A stretch of DNA of 64,000 bases, from the IMG/VR virus record IMGVR_UViG_3300030707_000002, one strand, 5' to 3'. Made by a program: the position numbers and the translations under genes. Source of the DNA: an uncultured virus (IMG/VR IMGVR_UViG_3300030707_000002) (Duplodnaviria > Heunggongvirae > Uroviricota > Caudoviricetes). Below, piece by piece: positions 36,370 to 45,240 of the stretch. Below the pieces are notes generated by a model. That model saw nothing but the letters and a program-made list of their open reading frames with translations, did not search any database and was not told the origin of the DNA. Position 1 is the stretch's first letter. Each line of letters starts with the position of its first letter.

Positions 36370-38466
36370 GTGAATGACTTATGGGACGCGGACCTTCCGT
36401 CCGCGGACGCGTACATCGACGCGACGTTCGGGCCGGACGGCTACCTCGCGAAGAAGTGGGGGTATCGGTACCAGCCGCGCGATGGGCAGATCGCTTTGGC
36501 TCGATCGGTTGACGCCGCGTTGAGCAGTCGAACGCATCTCTTGTCAGAGGCGCCCACAGGTACCGGCAAATCGATCGCGTACTCCGTCCCAGCCACCTAC
36601 CACGCGGCCACGCGCGGCCAGACGGTGGTCATCGTCACGGCAAACATCGCCCTGCAAGAGCAAATCGTGAATAAGGATCTCCCGCTGCTCGGTGAGATCC
36701 TGCCGTGGGCGTTCTCGTTTGGTCTCTTGAAGGGCCGATCAAACTACCTCTGTCGAACGCAGTACGAGAAGGTGCGGCTTGGTCATCGCCAGCAGGCGAT
36801 GTTCGGTGAGTCCGGGGGGTCCAAGGATGACCGCGACCGGACGCGGCTCATGAAGTGGGCGGAGAGCGAGATCGCGGAGCGCGGGTACGGCGACAGCTCG
36901 TCGCTTGATTGGAAACCGACCGACAAGCTTTGGCGGGAGCTCTCGGTCGCACCGGAAGACTGTCGTGGTGGCAAGTGCTCGTTCGCCGACACCTGTGGGG
37001 CGTTGGCCGCGCAGCGCGTCGCGCGCGAGAGTCAGGTCGTCGTCACCAACTACCACCTCTTCTTCTTGAACCTGCTCATCTGCATGGAGAAGGGGATGGA
37101 CTTGATCCTGCCGCCGTTCGACGTTGCCATCTTCGACGAAGCGCACCGTGCGCCTGACATTGCTCGGGACTTCTTCGGATGGAAGATCGGCGAAGGCTCC
37201 GTCCGACGGGTGGCCCGTCACCTCCGCGTCGCGGACCCGGCGCTCATGGAGAGCCTGGAGCAGGCGGGCGGACGGTTCTTCGAACAGATGCTGCAGCTCC
37301 GGCGCGACCGGGACCGGTACAAGGCCCGCGTCGTTCCCGAGCGACTCAATACGTACGACCTCGCGGCGGCAAATCACCTGCTCGAACGGCTGTCGATCTT
37401 CTTGGCTCGGCTGAACGAGGAGACGCAGGGGCTCGCGTCCATCGCCTCGAGCGGGAGTCGGCAGGCGATCGATCAGCTCGGCGGCACGGAGATCGTGGTG
37501 AGCCGGGCCGAGAAGCTGATCGGGGCGGTCGCAAGCGTTCTCGAGAACGACGACGACAACGAGGTGATCTTCATCGAGGAGGACGAGTTCCACAAGGCGT
37601 ACGTGTCGTGCCGATTGGTCAAGCCGGCGCAGATGCTTCGTGGATCGCTCTTCGGCAAAACGGTCACGCATCCGCCGACGATGGATGCGCCACCCTCCGA
37701 TCCCGAGCCGGTCTCCGTCGTCTGCACGAGCGCGACGCTCGCCACCGAGTCGAGCTTCGATTTCGCCAAGAGCGAGCTCGGGGTACCGCGCTGCGAGGAG
37801 ATCGTCGTCGACAGCCCGTTCGACTACGAGCGGCAGGCCCTCTTCATCATTCCCGACGTCTGCGACCCGAACGATCCACGGTTCACGGCGGAAGTGGCCG
37901 CAGTGCTCCTGCGAACGATCGAGCTGGCGCGCGGGCGGACGCTCGGGCTCTTCACGTCCCGCAAGCGGATGAACGAGGTCTTCGACTCCGTCGCGCCGCG
38001 CACGCCGTTCCGGATCATCCGGCAGGACGACGGGCAGCGCACGCAGCTTATCGAAGAGTTCCGGCGTGACACGCACTCGGTGCTGCTCGGCGTGGCGAGC
38101 TTCTGGGCCGGTGTGGACGTCCCCGGGGAATCCCTGTCGTGCGTGTTCATCGACAAGATTCCGTTCCCGACGCCGGACGACCCGGTTCTCGAGCGGCTCA
38201 TGGAGCACGACAAGCGGGCGTGGAGCGGGTACGCGGTGCCGCGCGCCATCATCGAGTTCAAGCAGGGGTTCGGGCGGCTGATTCGCAGCAGCACCGATCG
38301 AGGCGTCATCGTCTGCTGCGATTCGCGGCTCATCACGAAGGGCTACGGCAAACAGTTCCTGCGGGCGATGCCGAAGGGGATGCAGAAAATACGGAACCTG
38401 GAGGCCATCCGCGAGTGGCTTGACGGGCCGGGGATGGCAGAGGAATCGATCGATCCGCTAAGCTAG
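36370..38466 (+). CDS. dinG: DinG/YoaA-family Fe-S helicase
   Basis: EAPTGTGKS, KGRSNYLC, C....C....C, DEAH, SATL, FWAGVDVPG, QGFGRLIR. Confidence 0.95.
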   Translation: MNDLWDADLPSADAYIDATFGPDGYLAKKWGYRYQPRDGQIALARSVDAALSSRTHLLSEAPTGTGKSIAYSVPATYHAATRGQTVVIVTANIALQEQIVNKDLPLLGEILPWAFSFGLLKGRSNYLCRTQYEKVRLGHRQQAMFGESGGSKDDRDRTRLMKWAESEIAERGYGDSSSLDWKPTDKLWRELSVAPEDCRGGKCSFADTCGALAAQRVARESQVVVTNYHLFFLNLLICMEKGMDLILPPFDVAIFDEAHRAPDIARDFFGWKIGEGSVRRVARHLRVADPALMESLEQAGGRFFEQMLQLRRDRDRYKARVVPERLNTYDLAAANHLLERLSIFLARLNEETQGLASIASSGSRQAIDQLGGTEIVVSRAEKLIGAVASVLENDDDNEVIFIEEDEFHKAYVSCRLVKPAQMLRGSLFGKTVTHPPTMDAPPSDPEPVSVVCTSATLATESSFDFAKSELGVPRCEEIVVDSPFDYERQALFIIPDVCDPNDPRFTAEVAAVLLRTIELARGRTLGLFTSRKRMNEVFDSVAPRTPFRIIRQDDGQRTQLIEEFRRDTHSVLLGVASFWAGVDVPGESLSCVFIDKIPFPTPDDPVLERLMEHDKRAWSGYAVPRAIIEFKQGFGRLIRSSTDRGVIVCCDSRLITKGYGKQFLRAMPKGMQKIRNLEAIREWLDGPGMAEESIDPLS

Positions 38467-38502
38467 GGAGGGCACTACGTACGGCACTCGGCTATCGTAA
38501 AA

Positions 38503-39219
38503 TCACTGCCGATTCCTCTCCCTCGCCTGCTCGACCGTGACCTCGCTCCCGTCTTCGTTGTAGAGATCTTCGGAGAAGGCGCCGCGGACGGTCGGCGGGG
38601 ACGGTTCCACCCACTCGTGAACGATCTCCTGCAGTGTCTCGAAGGCAGCCGCGTGCCCGGCCGCGAGCCGACGGAACACTTCCGGAAGCGTGTCGGCGTG
38701 GCAGGCGATCTGGTGCTCCACGTCGTCCACCTGCGAATCGAAGAGTTGGTTGTTCGCGGTCTCGAGGACGCGCCGGAGCACCACCACCTCGCGCTCCGCG
38801 ATCGTGGGCGGGTACCGACCGGACAGTGCCTCGTCCAATAGCTTGCGCGATGGCTCGAACGGGTCCTCGTGCTCGTCGAGTGCGTCCGCCATGATGGCGC
38901 GGCGGCGGAGCTCCCCACCTTGGCGGACGGCGTTCTTCAGGGCGTCCAGTAGGGTCTGGGTGTGCCCGCGCTCGGTGTCCAGGTCGGCGACGGCCTTGTC
39001 GCGCTCCTCTCGGTAGTAGTCCGCGTTCGCGGCATACTGGGCGGCCGTGGCGATCCAGCTTTGAGCGAACCGCTTCCCCTCCTCGATCGAAGTGATTCGC
39101 CGACCGGCAACGATCTCGGCGGCCATCGCTTCGCGATCTGCGTCGAGCTGTTGCTGCTCGGCGAGCAGTGAGTCGCCGCGCTCGCGCGGTGTGGCGTGGA
39201 CCTTTTCGCTCTCATCCAT
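38503..39219 (-). CDS. hypothetical coiled-coil protein
   Basis: AAGGAGG SD; 238 aa. Confidence 0.7.
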   Translation of the reverse strand: MDESEKVHATPRERGDSLLAEQQQLDADREAMAAEIVAGRRITSIEEGKRFAQSWIATAAQYAANADYYREERDKAVADLDTERGHTQTLLDALKNAVRQGGELRRRAIMADALDEHEDPFEPSRKLLDEALSGRYPPTIAEREVVVLRRVLETANNQLFDSQVDDVEHQIACHADTLPEVFRRLAAGHAAAFETLQEIVHEWVEPSPPTVRGAFSEDLYNEDGSEVTVEQARERNRQ

Positions 39220-39601
39220 TGACGACCTCCTTGGCGACCATCGCGCCGTACCGATACCACTCCGACCCGTCGCTTCGCTGTCCGTCGAACCCGCAGATGA
39301 ACCCGTCGATCTGGTCGCCCGTGAGCCCGAGCACCCGCATCACGGTCGCGCGCGGTGAGCTCTCGCGCGGGTCGGCAGCAGCCCCTTTGGCGACGAGCAT
39401 CAGTCCGAGCGCGCAGCAGCGGTCGCCGGTGAGTACCCACTTTCGCTTCGGGCCGATGCCGATGCCCCACGCGCCGCGCACGATGCGCGTCGAGAACGAC
39501 AGCGATCGGGCGGCGTGCAGGATGTCGGCGACGACGGGTGGCACGCCGATCGGGGGAGGTGGCGACGGGCCGCCGAGGGAGAGCGAGAGCTGGTCAGGCA
39601 T
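39212..39601 (-). CDS. hypothetical protein
   Basis: MPDQLSLSL...CCALG...GFICGFDG. Confidence 0.65.
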   Translation of the reverse strand: MPDQLSLSLGGPSPPPPIGVPPVVADILHAARSLSFSTRIVRGAWGIGIGPKRKWVLTGDRCCALGLMLVAKGAAADPRESSPRATVMRVLGLTGDQIDGFICGFDGQRSDGSEWYRYGAMVAKEVVNG

Positions 39602-39920
39602 GGTTGATTCCGATCGATTGCGACAAACGACGCAGAGGGCAAGTCGCATCGCATGATGCAAAACGTGGTCGCACGGATGGGCGAACGTCGAGCATGAGCG
39701 CGTCGATGACGCAATCCAAGTACGCACTGCACAGAGCGGTGCGATGGCTCTCTTCGACAGCGACCGCGTTAGCCGGATCATTCTTCCAGGCGTCCGCGCA
39801 TCTCATCGAGCAGAAGTCCCGACCGTGCGAGCCGATTTTTGTCGAGGTCCAGTCGGACCCGTCACTCGGTCGGTGAGCGCGTGACAGGTCGATTCGTTTG
39901 CTGCACTGGCAGCACTTCAC
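39594..39920 (-). CDS. TRASH-like zinc-binding protein
   Basis: CCQC...FCSMRC; GGAGGT SD. Confidence 0.6.
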   Translation of the reverse strand: MKCCQCSKRIDLSRAHRPSDGSDWTSTKIGSHGRDFCSMRCADAWKNDPANAVAVEESHRTALCSAYLDCVIDALMLDVRPSVRPRFASCDATCPLRRLSQSIGINHA

Positions 39921-40234
39921 GTCGACCTCCCGATCTTCTTCGACAGCTCCACCGTCGTCTTCCCCTTCTTTGCATCGTCCTTCGTGAGCGCCTGCGCCAT
40001 CAACACTGCATCGGCCTGCGCATGCTCGCGCGTCATCGAGTGCCCACGCGCGTCCGCCTTCGAGGGTCCCTTGCTGCCGAAGAACCACACCCGACCGTAA
40101 CGCTCCACCTCGCGCAGTGGGATGACCGACCAGCGCCAGCGGTGATCGCTGCGCGTGACGGAGACGCGCAGGAGGTAGTCGCCGAGGATGGCCTGGGTCT
40201 CGAGCGGTTCCCAGGTGGGCTTGCTATCCGTCAT
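39917..40234 (-). CDS. hypothetical protein
   Basis: 105 aa, coupled. Confidence 0.6.
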   Translation of the reverse strand: MTDSKPTWEPLETQAILGDYLLRVSVTRSDHRWRWSVIPLREVERYGRVWFFGSKGPSKADARGHSMTREHAQADAVLMAQALTKDDAKKGKTTVELSKKIGRST

Positions 40235-40661
40235 GCGGTGGTTCCAGTTCGGCAGTCGTCACGACGTCGGTAGTCGTCACGACGATGGACAGCTTCCGAT
40301 CGCCCATCCGTTCCATCAATAGGGCGAGCGCGGGCAGCAGCGATTTTGCCTGGACGTCGGTCTCCTTGATCAAGAGGACGCCGTCCGCCGCTAGACGGGA
40401 TTCAACCACCGGAGGCTTGTCACCAAGGTACGCGAACCGCCGCATTCGTTTGCCCTCGCCCCCCACCCAGTCGTCCCACGCGTCCGGATCGCCGGGTACG
40501 GGCTTGAGGGGCCGAATCTTGAGCTTACCCATCGTGTGGCTGATGTAGAGCACGTACGGGGCGTGCGTCTCGTGATGTTCCACGAGTCCGAGCGCAGTGT
40601 AGGCTCCCCCTTTGTAGTGCGCGTAGTTTCCAGCTCGAACGCCTGGTTTCTCTTCCGACAT
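40224..40661 (-). CDS. DUF1653-like domain plus shared C-terminal module
   Basis: G.YAHYKGG.Y......HHET....V.Y...RP. Confidence 0.75.
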   Translation of the reverse strand: MSEEKPGVRAGNYAHYKGGAYTALGLVEHHETHAPYVLYISHTMGKLKIRPLKPVPGDPDAWDDWVGGEGKRMRRFAYLGDKPPVVESRLAADGVLLIKETDVQAKSLLPALALLMERMGDRKLSIVVTTTDVVTTAELEPPHDG

Positions 40662-40673
40662 GGTGGATCTCCC

Positions 40674-40952
40674 TCAATGGATCGGGTGAATGGTGACGCC
40701 ACCGCGTTCTCGTCGGATGGCTACGATGATGTCTCTCAGTTTGCGCATGTCGCCGCCGCACGCGGCGAAGCACGGCTCGCACACCGCGACGTACCGGACG
40801 AGAACGTCTGTTCCGGACTTGTCGTCGGTCAGCGTCAGAAAATCGTCGGTGTCCTTGCGGGCGAAGAATCGAACAGGCCGATCGGCGTCGCTCAGTAGCT
40901 TTAGCCCTCGTTTGCAGCAGGCCCCCACCCGATCCCCATGCTCAATTCGCAC
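40674..40952 (-). CDS. Cys-containing hypothetical protein
   Basis: ACC...VCEPC. Confidence 0.55.
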   Translation of the reverse strand: MRIEHGDRVGACCKRGLKLLSDADRPVRFFARKDTDDFLTLTDDKSGTDVLVRYVAVCEPCFAACGGDMRKLRDIIVAIRRERGGVTIHPIH

Positions 40953-40976
40953 GGTTCGCCTCCTTGTCGAAGTCGC

Positions 40977-41249
40977 TCACGACGGCTCCAGGTACTTGAT
41001 TGGTTCGTCGTCGTCCCGCCAGGTGGCGTCGCACGCGAGCGGTGCGTCGGACGCGCGGCCGCCTGAGAGGACGTACACTTCGCGGCATGTGTCGCAGAGC
41101 ACGATCCACTTTGCCGTGCCGGTTGTCCTGTCGGGGCGCGTGAACGGCAGTCCGCTCGGAACCAGGAAGACGTGCGCGGCGTAGGGGTTCGGCTTGTGGA
41201 TGCAGCCGAGCAGCACGTCGCCGGGTTGGGGGCGCGGTCGATTGGTCAC
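40977..41249 (-). CDS. CxH-CxxC hypothetical protein
   Basis: GCIH...WIVLCDTC; resembles the adjacent 40674 gene. Confidence 0.6.
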   Translation of the reverse strand: MTNRPRPQPGDVLLGCIHKPNPYAAHVFLVPSGLPFTRPDRTTGTAKWIVLCDTCREVYVLSGGRASDAPLACDATWRDDDEPIKYLEPS

Positions 41250-41425
41250 GGTCGCTCCCCATCGGGGTGCCAGGTACGGCGTCTCAATGACCCATCCGGG
41301 AGGACGAGTCCCGCCTCCGCCTCCGCGTGCTCGGCCCGGCAGTCAGGCGTGGCGAAGCGTTCGCCGAGGGCAGTGAGCACGCAGCGGCATCCAGGGTCTT
41401 TCTTGGGTCGATTCCGCCCGGTCAT
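41246..41425 (-). CDS. small hypothetical protein
   Basis: Coupled at both ends. Confidence 0.5.
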   Translation of the reverse strand: MTGRNRPKKDPGCRCVLTALGERFATPDCRAEHAEAEAGLVLPDGSLRRRTWHPDGERP

Positions 41426-41634
41426 GTCGCTGTGTTTTCTGGTTTGCACGCCATCGCCTTCTTGGCGAAGAAGCACGCCTCTTCCAGCTTGGTTCGGCAC
41501 AAAGACATCTCCCGCGACGGATCCGGCACGACGGCGAGTAGGGTCGACAGGCAGGTGTCGAAAGTCTGGGCGATGGTCGCAGCCTTCGACTTGCCGTCTG
41601 CGTTGAGCATGTGGACTTCAAATTCCTTGTTCAT
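41422..41634 (-). CDS. Acb2/Tad1-like helical hairpin protein (putative cyclic-nucleotide sponge)
   Basis: SREMSLCRTKLEEACFFAKKAMA; AAGGAG SD. Confidence 0.75.
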   Translation of the reverse strand: MNKEFEVHMLNADGKSKAATIAQTFDTCLSTLLAVVPDPSREMSLCRTKLEEACFFAKKAMACKPENTAT

Positions 41635-41647
41635 GGTTGGTTCTCCT

Positions 41648-41836
41648 TCATTTGAGCAGATCGATAGCCGGCCGATGCCCGCAGAGCATGCAGCGAGCCC
41701 GCCCGTCGTTGGTCACGACGATCACATTTCTCTGGGCGCAGCCTGGGCACCGCAGCGCCGCTGCGCGAGCGCGACGAAGCTCCAGCCGCACCCTGCGGAA
41801 CATCTGCTTGACGCGGTTCATGATGTCGGCGGTCAC
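41648..41836 (-). CDS. small Zn-ribbon protein
   Basis: CPGC...CMLCG. Confidence 0.55.
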   Translation of the reverse strand: MTADIMNRVKQMFRRVRLELRRARAAALRCPGCAQRNVIVVTNDGRARCMLCGHRPAIDLLK

Positions 41837-41842
41837 GCCCGC

Positions 41843-42868
41843 TCACTTCGACTTGCCAGTTCTCGCATTACCAGCTCGTGGTAGTGACCTTGACAGGCGT
41901 ACTCGAACACGCCGCCGATCTGTTTGAGATACGAGATTCTGACTGGACCCGCACACGCAACACTGGGCTTGATTCAACGACTTCGTTTGCTTGGATAGAG
42001 GTAAAGGTAGAACCTCGTCTTTGGCGAGCCGGACGCCGACGTCTCTAATGCCGTTGAGGATGATCTGACTGGCCCGCGCTCTAGACACTCCGAGTTTGTC
42101 ACCAACCTCTTCGAGGGCAGCGTCGTTCTCGAAACGCTGGAGCAGTGCTTTTCTCCGACGCGGATCGATTGCGCTAAGCGCGCGCCGCACGCCCTCTCTG
42201 TCCTGCTCCAGAATGATGCGCCGCTCTGCATTGCTCGAGAACTCGCGGAGCTGCTCGCTGGTCGCTTCGAACTCGACACGCGCCTTCTCCACCCTTCGCG
42301 AAGCTTTTGGCCATAGGTCTTCAGGCGCCATGAAGAGCGCGTCGGCGATCCTTAGCGCGGACTCTTTCCACTCCATGCTGTCTTTCTTTAGCGGCGTTTC
42401 AGCCATCGTCTCGTAACTGACGAGTATCCCGTACGTGAGGTTGAGTGCATCGGCCGCCGCCTTGGCGGACTTGTAACCGAGCCGCTCTCTGGCGCGGATG
42501 AGTCGGTTGTTCCGAACGCGGATCTCGACGCGGAACTCGGGCGGCAACGTCGCTTTTTCGATGGGGTCAGTCACGACGATCCATTCTATCACGATAGGCC
42601 GCACCATGAGGACGATCTCTTCCTCGGTCCTCGGTCTTCCACCAGCGAGGATGTTGCCGATCGAGTTCGGGCTGCGGAGCCCCGCGCGCAGCTCCTCGGC
42701 ATGCTCGTCGCAGAGCGGCTTGTTGTCGTCGTAGCTGGTGTGCGTCGCCGGTCTACCGCACGGCTCGTAGGCGAGGATGTGCCGGAGCGTGCTGAAGAGC
42801 CACGCACCCACCGGTTGCTCGGCGATCGGTTGGGGGTGCCGGTTCGCGCGGCAGGTCGGTTTGTTCAC
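41843..42868 (-). CDS. fusion of Cys/His module, XRE-like HTH and sigma70 region-4-like HTH
   Basis: LIRARERLGY.S...AA..L; ALSAIDPRRRKALLQRF....LEEVGDKLGVSRARASQI. Confidence 0.7.
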   Translation of the reverse strand: MNKPTCRANRHPQPIAEQPVGAWLFSTLRHILAYEPCGRPATHTSYDDNKPLCDEHAEELRAGLRSPNSIGNILAGGRPRTEEEIVLMVRPIVIEWIVVTDPIEKATLPPEFRVEIRVRNNRLIRARERLGYKSAKAAADALNLTYGILVSYETMAETPLKKDSMEWKESALRIADALFMAPEDLWPKASRRVEKARVEFEATSEQLREFSSNAERRIILEQDREGVRRALSAIDPRRRKALLQRFENDAALEEVGDKLGVSRARASQIILNGIRDVGVRLAKDEVLPLPLSKQTKSLNQAQCCVCGSSQNLVSQTDRRRVRVRLSRSLPRAGNARTGKSK

Positions 42869-43380
42869 ACCGCCTCCCGCATCTGGCACGCCGTGCACCG
42901 CTTGAACCCGTACACCCCGGCCGGTACGCAGATCCCCTCCCCGCAGCCGTCCAAGAGCTCGAGGGTGCATGGCTTGTCCGGAGTGCATCCGCAGGTGTTG
43001 CATCGGCGGCCGTCGGGCGCCCACGCGGAGCTCGGAACCTCGGCCGGCACGTCCTTCCAAGTGGCGTGCTGACGACCCTTAGGCAGATGCCGGACAGCCC
43101 ACGCGCAGCGGGCAGCGAGGTCGGCGGCGAGGGGGTGAGTCGCCAACCGATAGAGGTGCACGAGGCGACCCGCCTTGCCGCGCCGATGCCGGCCGTGGAG
43201 CGTCGCGTACTCCAGCGCTCGGGTGCCCCGCTCGGTACCGAGCGAAATGAGCGCGGTGGGTGCGAGCTCTCGCGCCGCCTTCTCCCAGGATCCCCAGACG
43301 GCCACCGATTCGCTCGGGCTGCGCTCGTGCGCCTCGTGCGCCATCGCCAGGAGCGCGATCTGGATGGGGGTCAGATTCAT
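42865..43380 (-). CDS. hypothetical protein with C-terminal zinc finger
   Basis: CNTCGCT...C...CTAC. Confidence 0.6.
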   Translation of the reverse strand: MNLTPIQIALLAMAHEAHERSPSESVAVWGSWEKAARELAPTALISLGTERGTRALEYATLHGRHRRGKAGRLVHLYRLATHPLAADLAARCAWAVRHLPKGRQHATWKDVPAEVPSSAWAPDGRRCNTCGCTPDKPCTLELLDGCGEGICVPAGVYGFKRCTACQMREAV

Positions 43381-43610
43381 GAGTGAAGCCTCGCGGTGCG
43401 CCGCCGCACCCGTCGCGGTCCCTGGTTGCCGAAGCGCTTTCTGCGCTGCTTCAGCATGTCGTCGGCATACTCGGCGGCGGTCAGGGGATCCTCTTCGCCG
43501 TCGTTGCGCTGTTGGTGCGAGAAGCCGAGCGCGATGCTCCAGGCGGCCGCGTACTGGTCCCATGCGAAGCGTTCTTCCTGGCTGGCGCGGCGCCTCACGG
43601 CCGCCTCCAT
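43377..43610 (-). CDS. small helical protein, similar to 55664-55936
   Basis: W..YAAA...AAEYADDML..R.KRF. Confidence 0.6.
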   Translation of the reverse strand: MEAAVRRRASQEERFAWDQYAAAWSIALGFSHQQRNDGEEDPLTAAEYADDMLKQRRKRFGNQGPRRVRRRTARLHS

Positions 43611-44041
43611 ATATCGACGCTGTATTCCTCGGTGCACTCGAACCCGTAGTGGACGAGGATCTCCGTCATGTGCGCGAGCGGGCTCGGCACGACGACGCGC
43701 AGTCCCGCCCGCTCGATGCCGGCGAACAAATCGCGTAGATACCCTCGGCCCTCGTGGGTCGCCTGCACGCTCGATACGACGATCTCGTCGCCGATCCGGA
43801 AGAGAAACGAGATCGGTTCCCACCGTTTGGCCGTGAAGGTCCACTTCTTCGCCATCCGGTGGCCCGGCGCCATCGGACCGATGAGCGTACGCCCAGAGGC
43901 CATCGCCATCACCACACGACGTTGATCCTCGAAGAAGAGATCGCTCCTCTCCTTGGCCGACAAGTTCTCGGTCATCCACCACACAATGCGGCGATCGGCA
44001 TTCGAGAGCCCGGAAAGATAGGAGAGCTGCTTCTCGTCCAT
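43595..44041 (-). CDS. GNAT-like acetyltransferase domain protein
   Basis: V.....EGRGYLRDL ... L.HYGF. Confidence 0.55.
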   Translation of the reverse strand: MDEKQLSYLSGLSNADRRIVWWMTENLSAKERSDLFFEDQRRVVMAMASGRTLIGPMAPGHRMAKKWTFTAKRWEPISFLFRIGDEIVVSSVQATHEGRGYLRDLFAGIERAGLRVVVPSPLAHMTEILVHYGFECTEEYSVDIWRRP

Positions 44042-44964
44042 CAGGCTCGGTTCCGGATGAGAGAGGACGCCGACACGAAGCTGAGGCAGCGGTCGCACGG
44101 TGTGCAGGTCTCGTTCGTGGGGATGGAGAGGACGCCCGGTTCGCGCTCGATCACTTCGACGATCGAGACCCAGTTGTGCCCGTCCGGCCAGCCGCTTGGA
44201 ACGGATCCGGCCATGAAACCACAGAGCGGGTGGCCCTCGAAGAGAACGTGCGTCGTCGTCGGGCCGTGAATCGGCGGAGCCGTTGGTTGCAGAAGGGCGG
44301 TGTCGATGCGCCATTCCAGGTCGTCGACCTGGGCGATGAACGATTGTGGGCTGCTGGTCTCGGGCCAGTGGTCTCTCGCGCGCTTCAAAAACGGTCGCGT
44401 TTCTTTGAGCAGCGCCGCAAGCTGCGCGCGCCCGCGATCGAACACCGCTCGAAACTGAGCGGCGAGGGCGTCGAGCGACCCGAGTCCTACCTGGTGCTCG
44501 TCGGGCGACAGGCGACTCACGACCTCCGCGAGCGCGCGCGAGGCCTCGACCGTGGCCCAGTCCGTGACCTTTGTTGGGGATGACTCTGACTTGACCTCTG
44601 CTGGTTTGGACGCTGGGATCATCCCCCCGAAGAAATGCAGCGAGCAGTAGTGGTACCCAACGATCTCTGGGCGATTCGCTTGGCGTTCCGCAACCGGGCA
44701 TACGATGTGCCCAACCGGTTCGCCGGCTCCGCACTGACTGCATCCGATAAGCTCCGCGCCACAGGTGCACCGCACCGTGCGCGGAGTGGAGGGCTGCTTC
44801 AACCATTCCAGGATCGCCGCCATGCACGAGGCGCAAACGTGGTGCTTGACCACCCAGTCTCCGAGGAGTCCGTCGATCTGCCCCTCCTGGTATGGCGGTC
44901 TCAAGAGGACCCCACCTTTTTCGTTCAGCTCGCGGCGGCAGCGGCAGCAGGTGGCGGCGATCAT
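44041..44964 (-). CDS. multi-zinc-finger mosaic protein
   Basis: Several CxxC and H-LCG modules. Confidence 0.65.
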   Translation of the reverse strand: MIAATCCRCRRELNEKGGVLLRPPYQEGQIDGLLGDWVVKHHVCASCMAAILEWLKQPSTPRTVRCTCGAELIGCSQCGAGEPVGHIVCPVAERQANRPEIVGYHYCSLHFFGGMIPASKPAEVKSESSPTKVTDWATVEASRALAEVVSRLSPDEHQVGLGSLDALAAQFRAVFDRGRAQLAALLKETRPFLKRARDHWPETSSPQSFIAQVDDLEWRIDTALLQPTAPPIHGPTTTHVLFEGHPLCGFMAGSVPSGWPDGHNWVSIVEVIEREPGVLSIPTNETCTPCDRCLSFVSASSLIRNRA

Positions 44965-45239
44965 GGGTGACTCCCATCGTCGTGGTCTTTGAGTTCGCCT
45001 GGAAGGATGACGTCCGTGTAGCCGCACTTCGGGCACTCGACGGAAGCCCAGTGCCGCGAAAAGCGGACCCACGCGCCGAGACCGAGTGTCTTCGAGTACG
45101 TCTGCATCATCTCCGCGGCGATCGACGGGGAGGTGGCGACCAAGACGCGAACGAGCTTGAAGGCGGCGAAGACCCCGAAGATCATCCCCGCGACGAACAG
45201 GAATACGAGCGAGAAGGGATGGATGGCGACGGAACTCAT
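44961..45239 (-). CDS. membrane protein with CxxC tail
   Basis: Hydrophobic N-terminus, CPKCG. Confidence 0.6.
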   Translation of the reverse strand: MSSVAIHPFSLVFLFVAGMIFGVFAAFKLVRVLVATSPSIAAEMMQTYSKTLGLGAWVRFSRHWASVECPKCGYTDVILPGELKDHDDGSHP

Positions 45240-45240
45240 T

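Noticed and set aside
23132..38466. Cas4-like nuclease plus DinG as a type IV CRISPR system
   Set aside because: No repeat-spacer array or Cas5/6/7-like genes seen; both fit phage recombination and replication.
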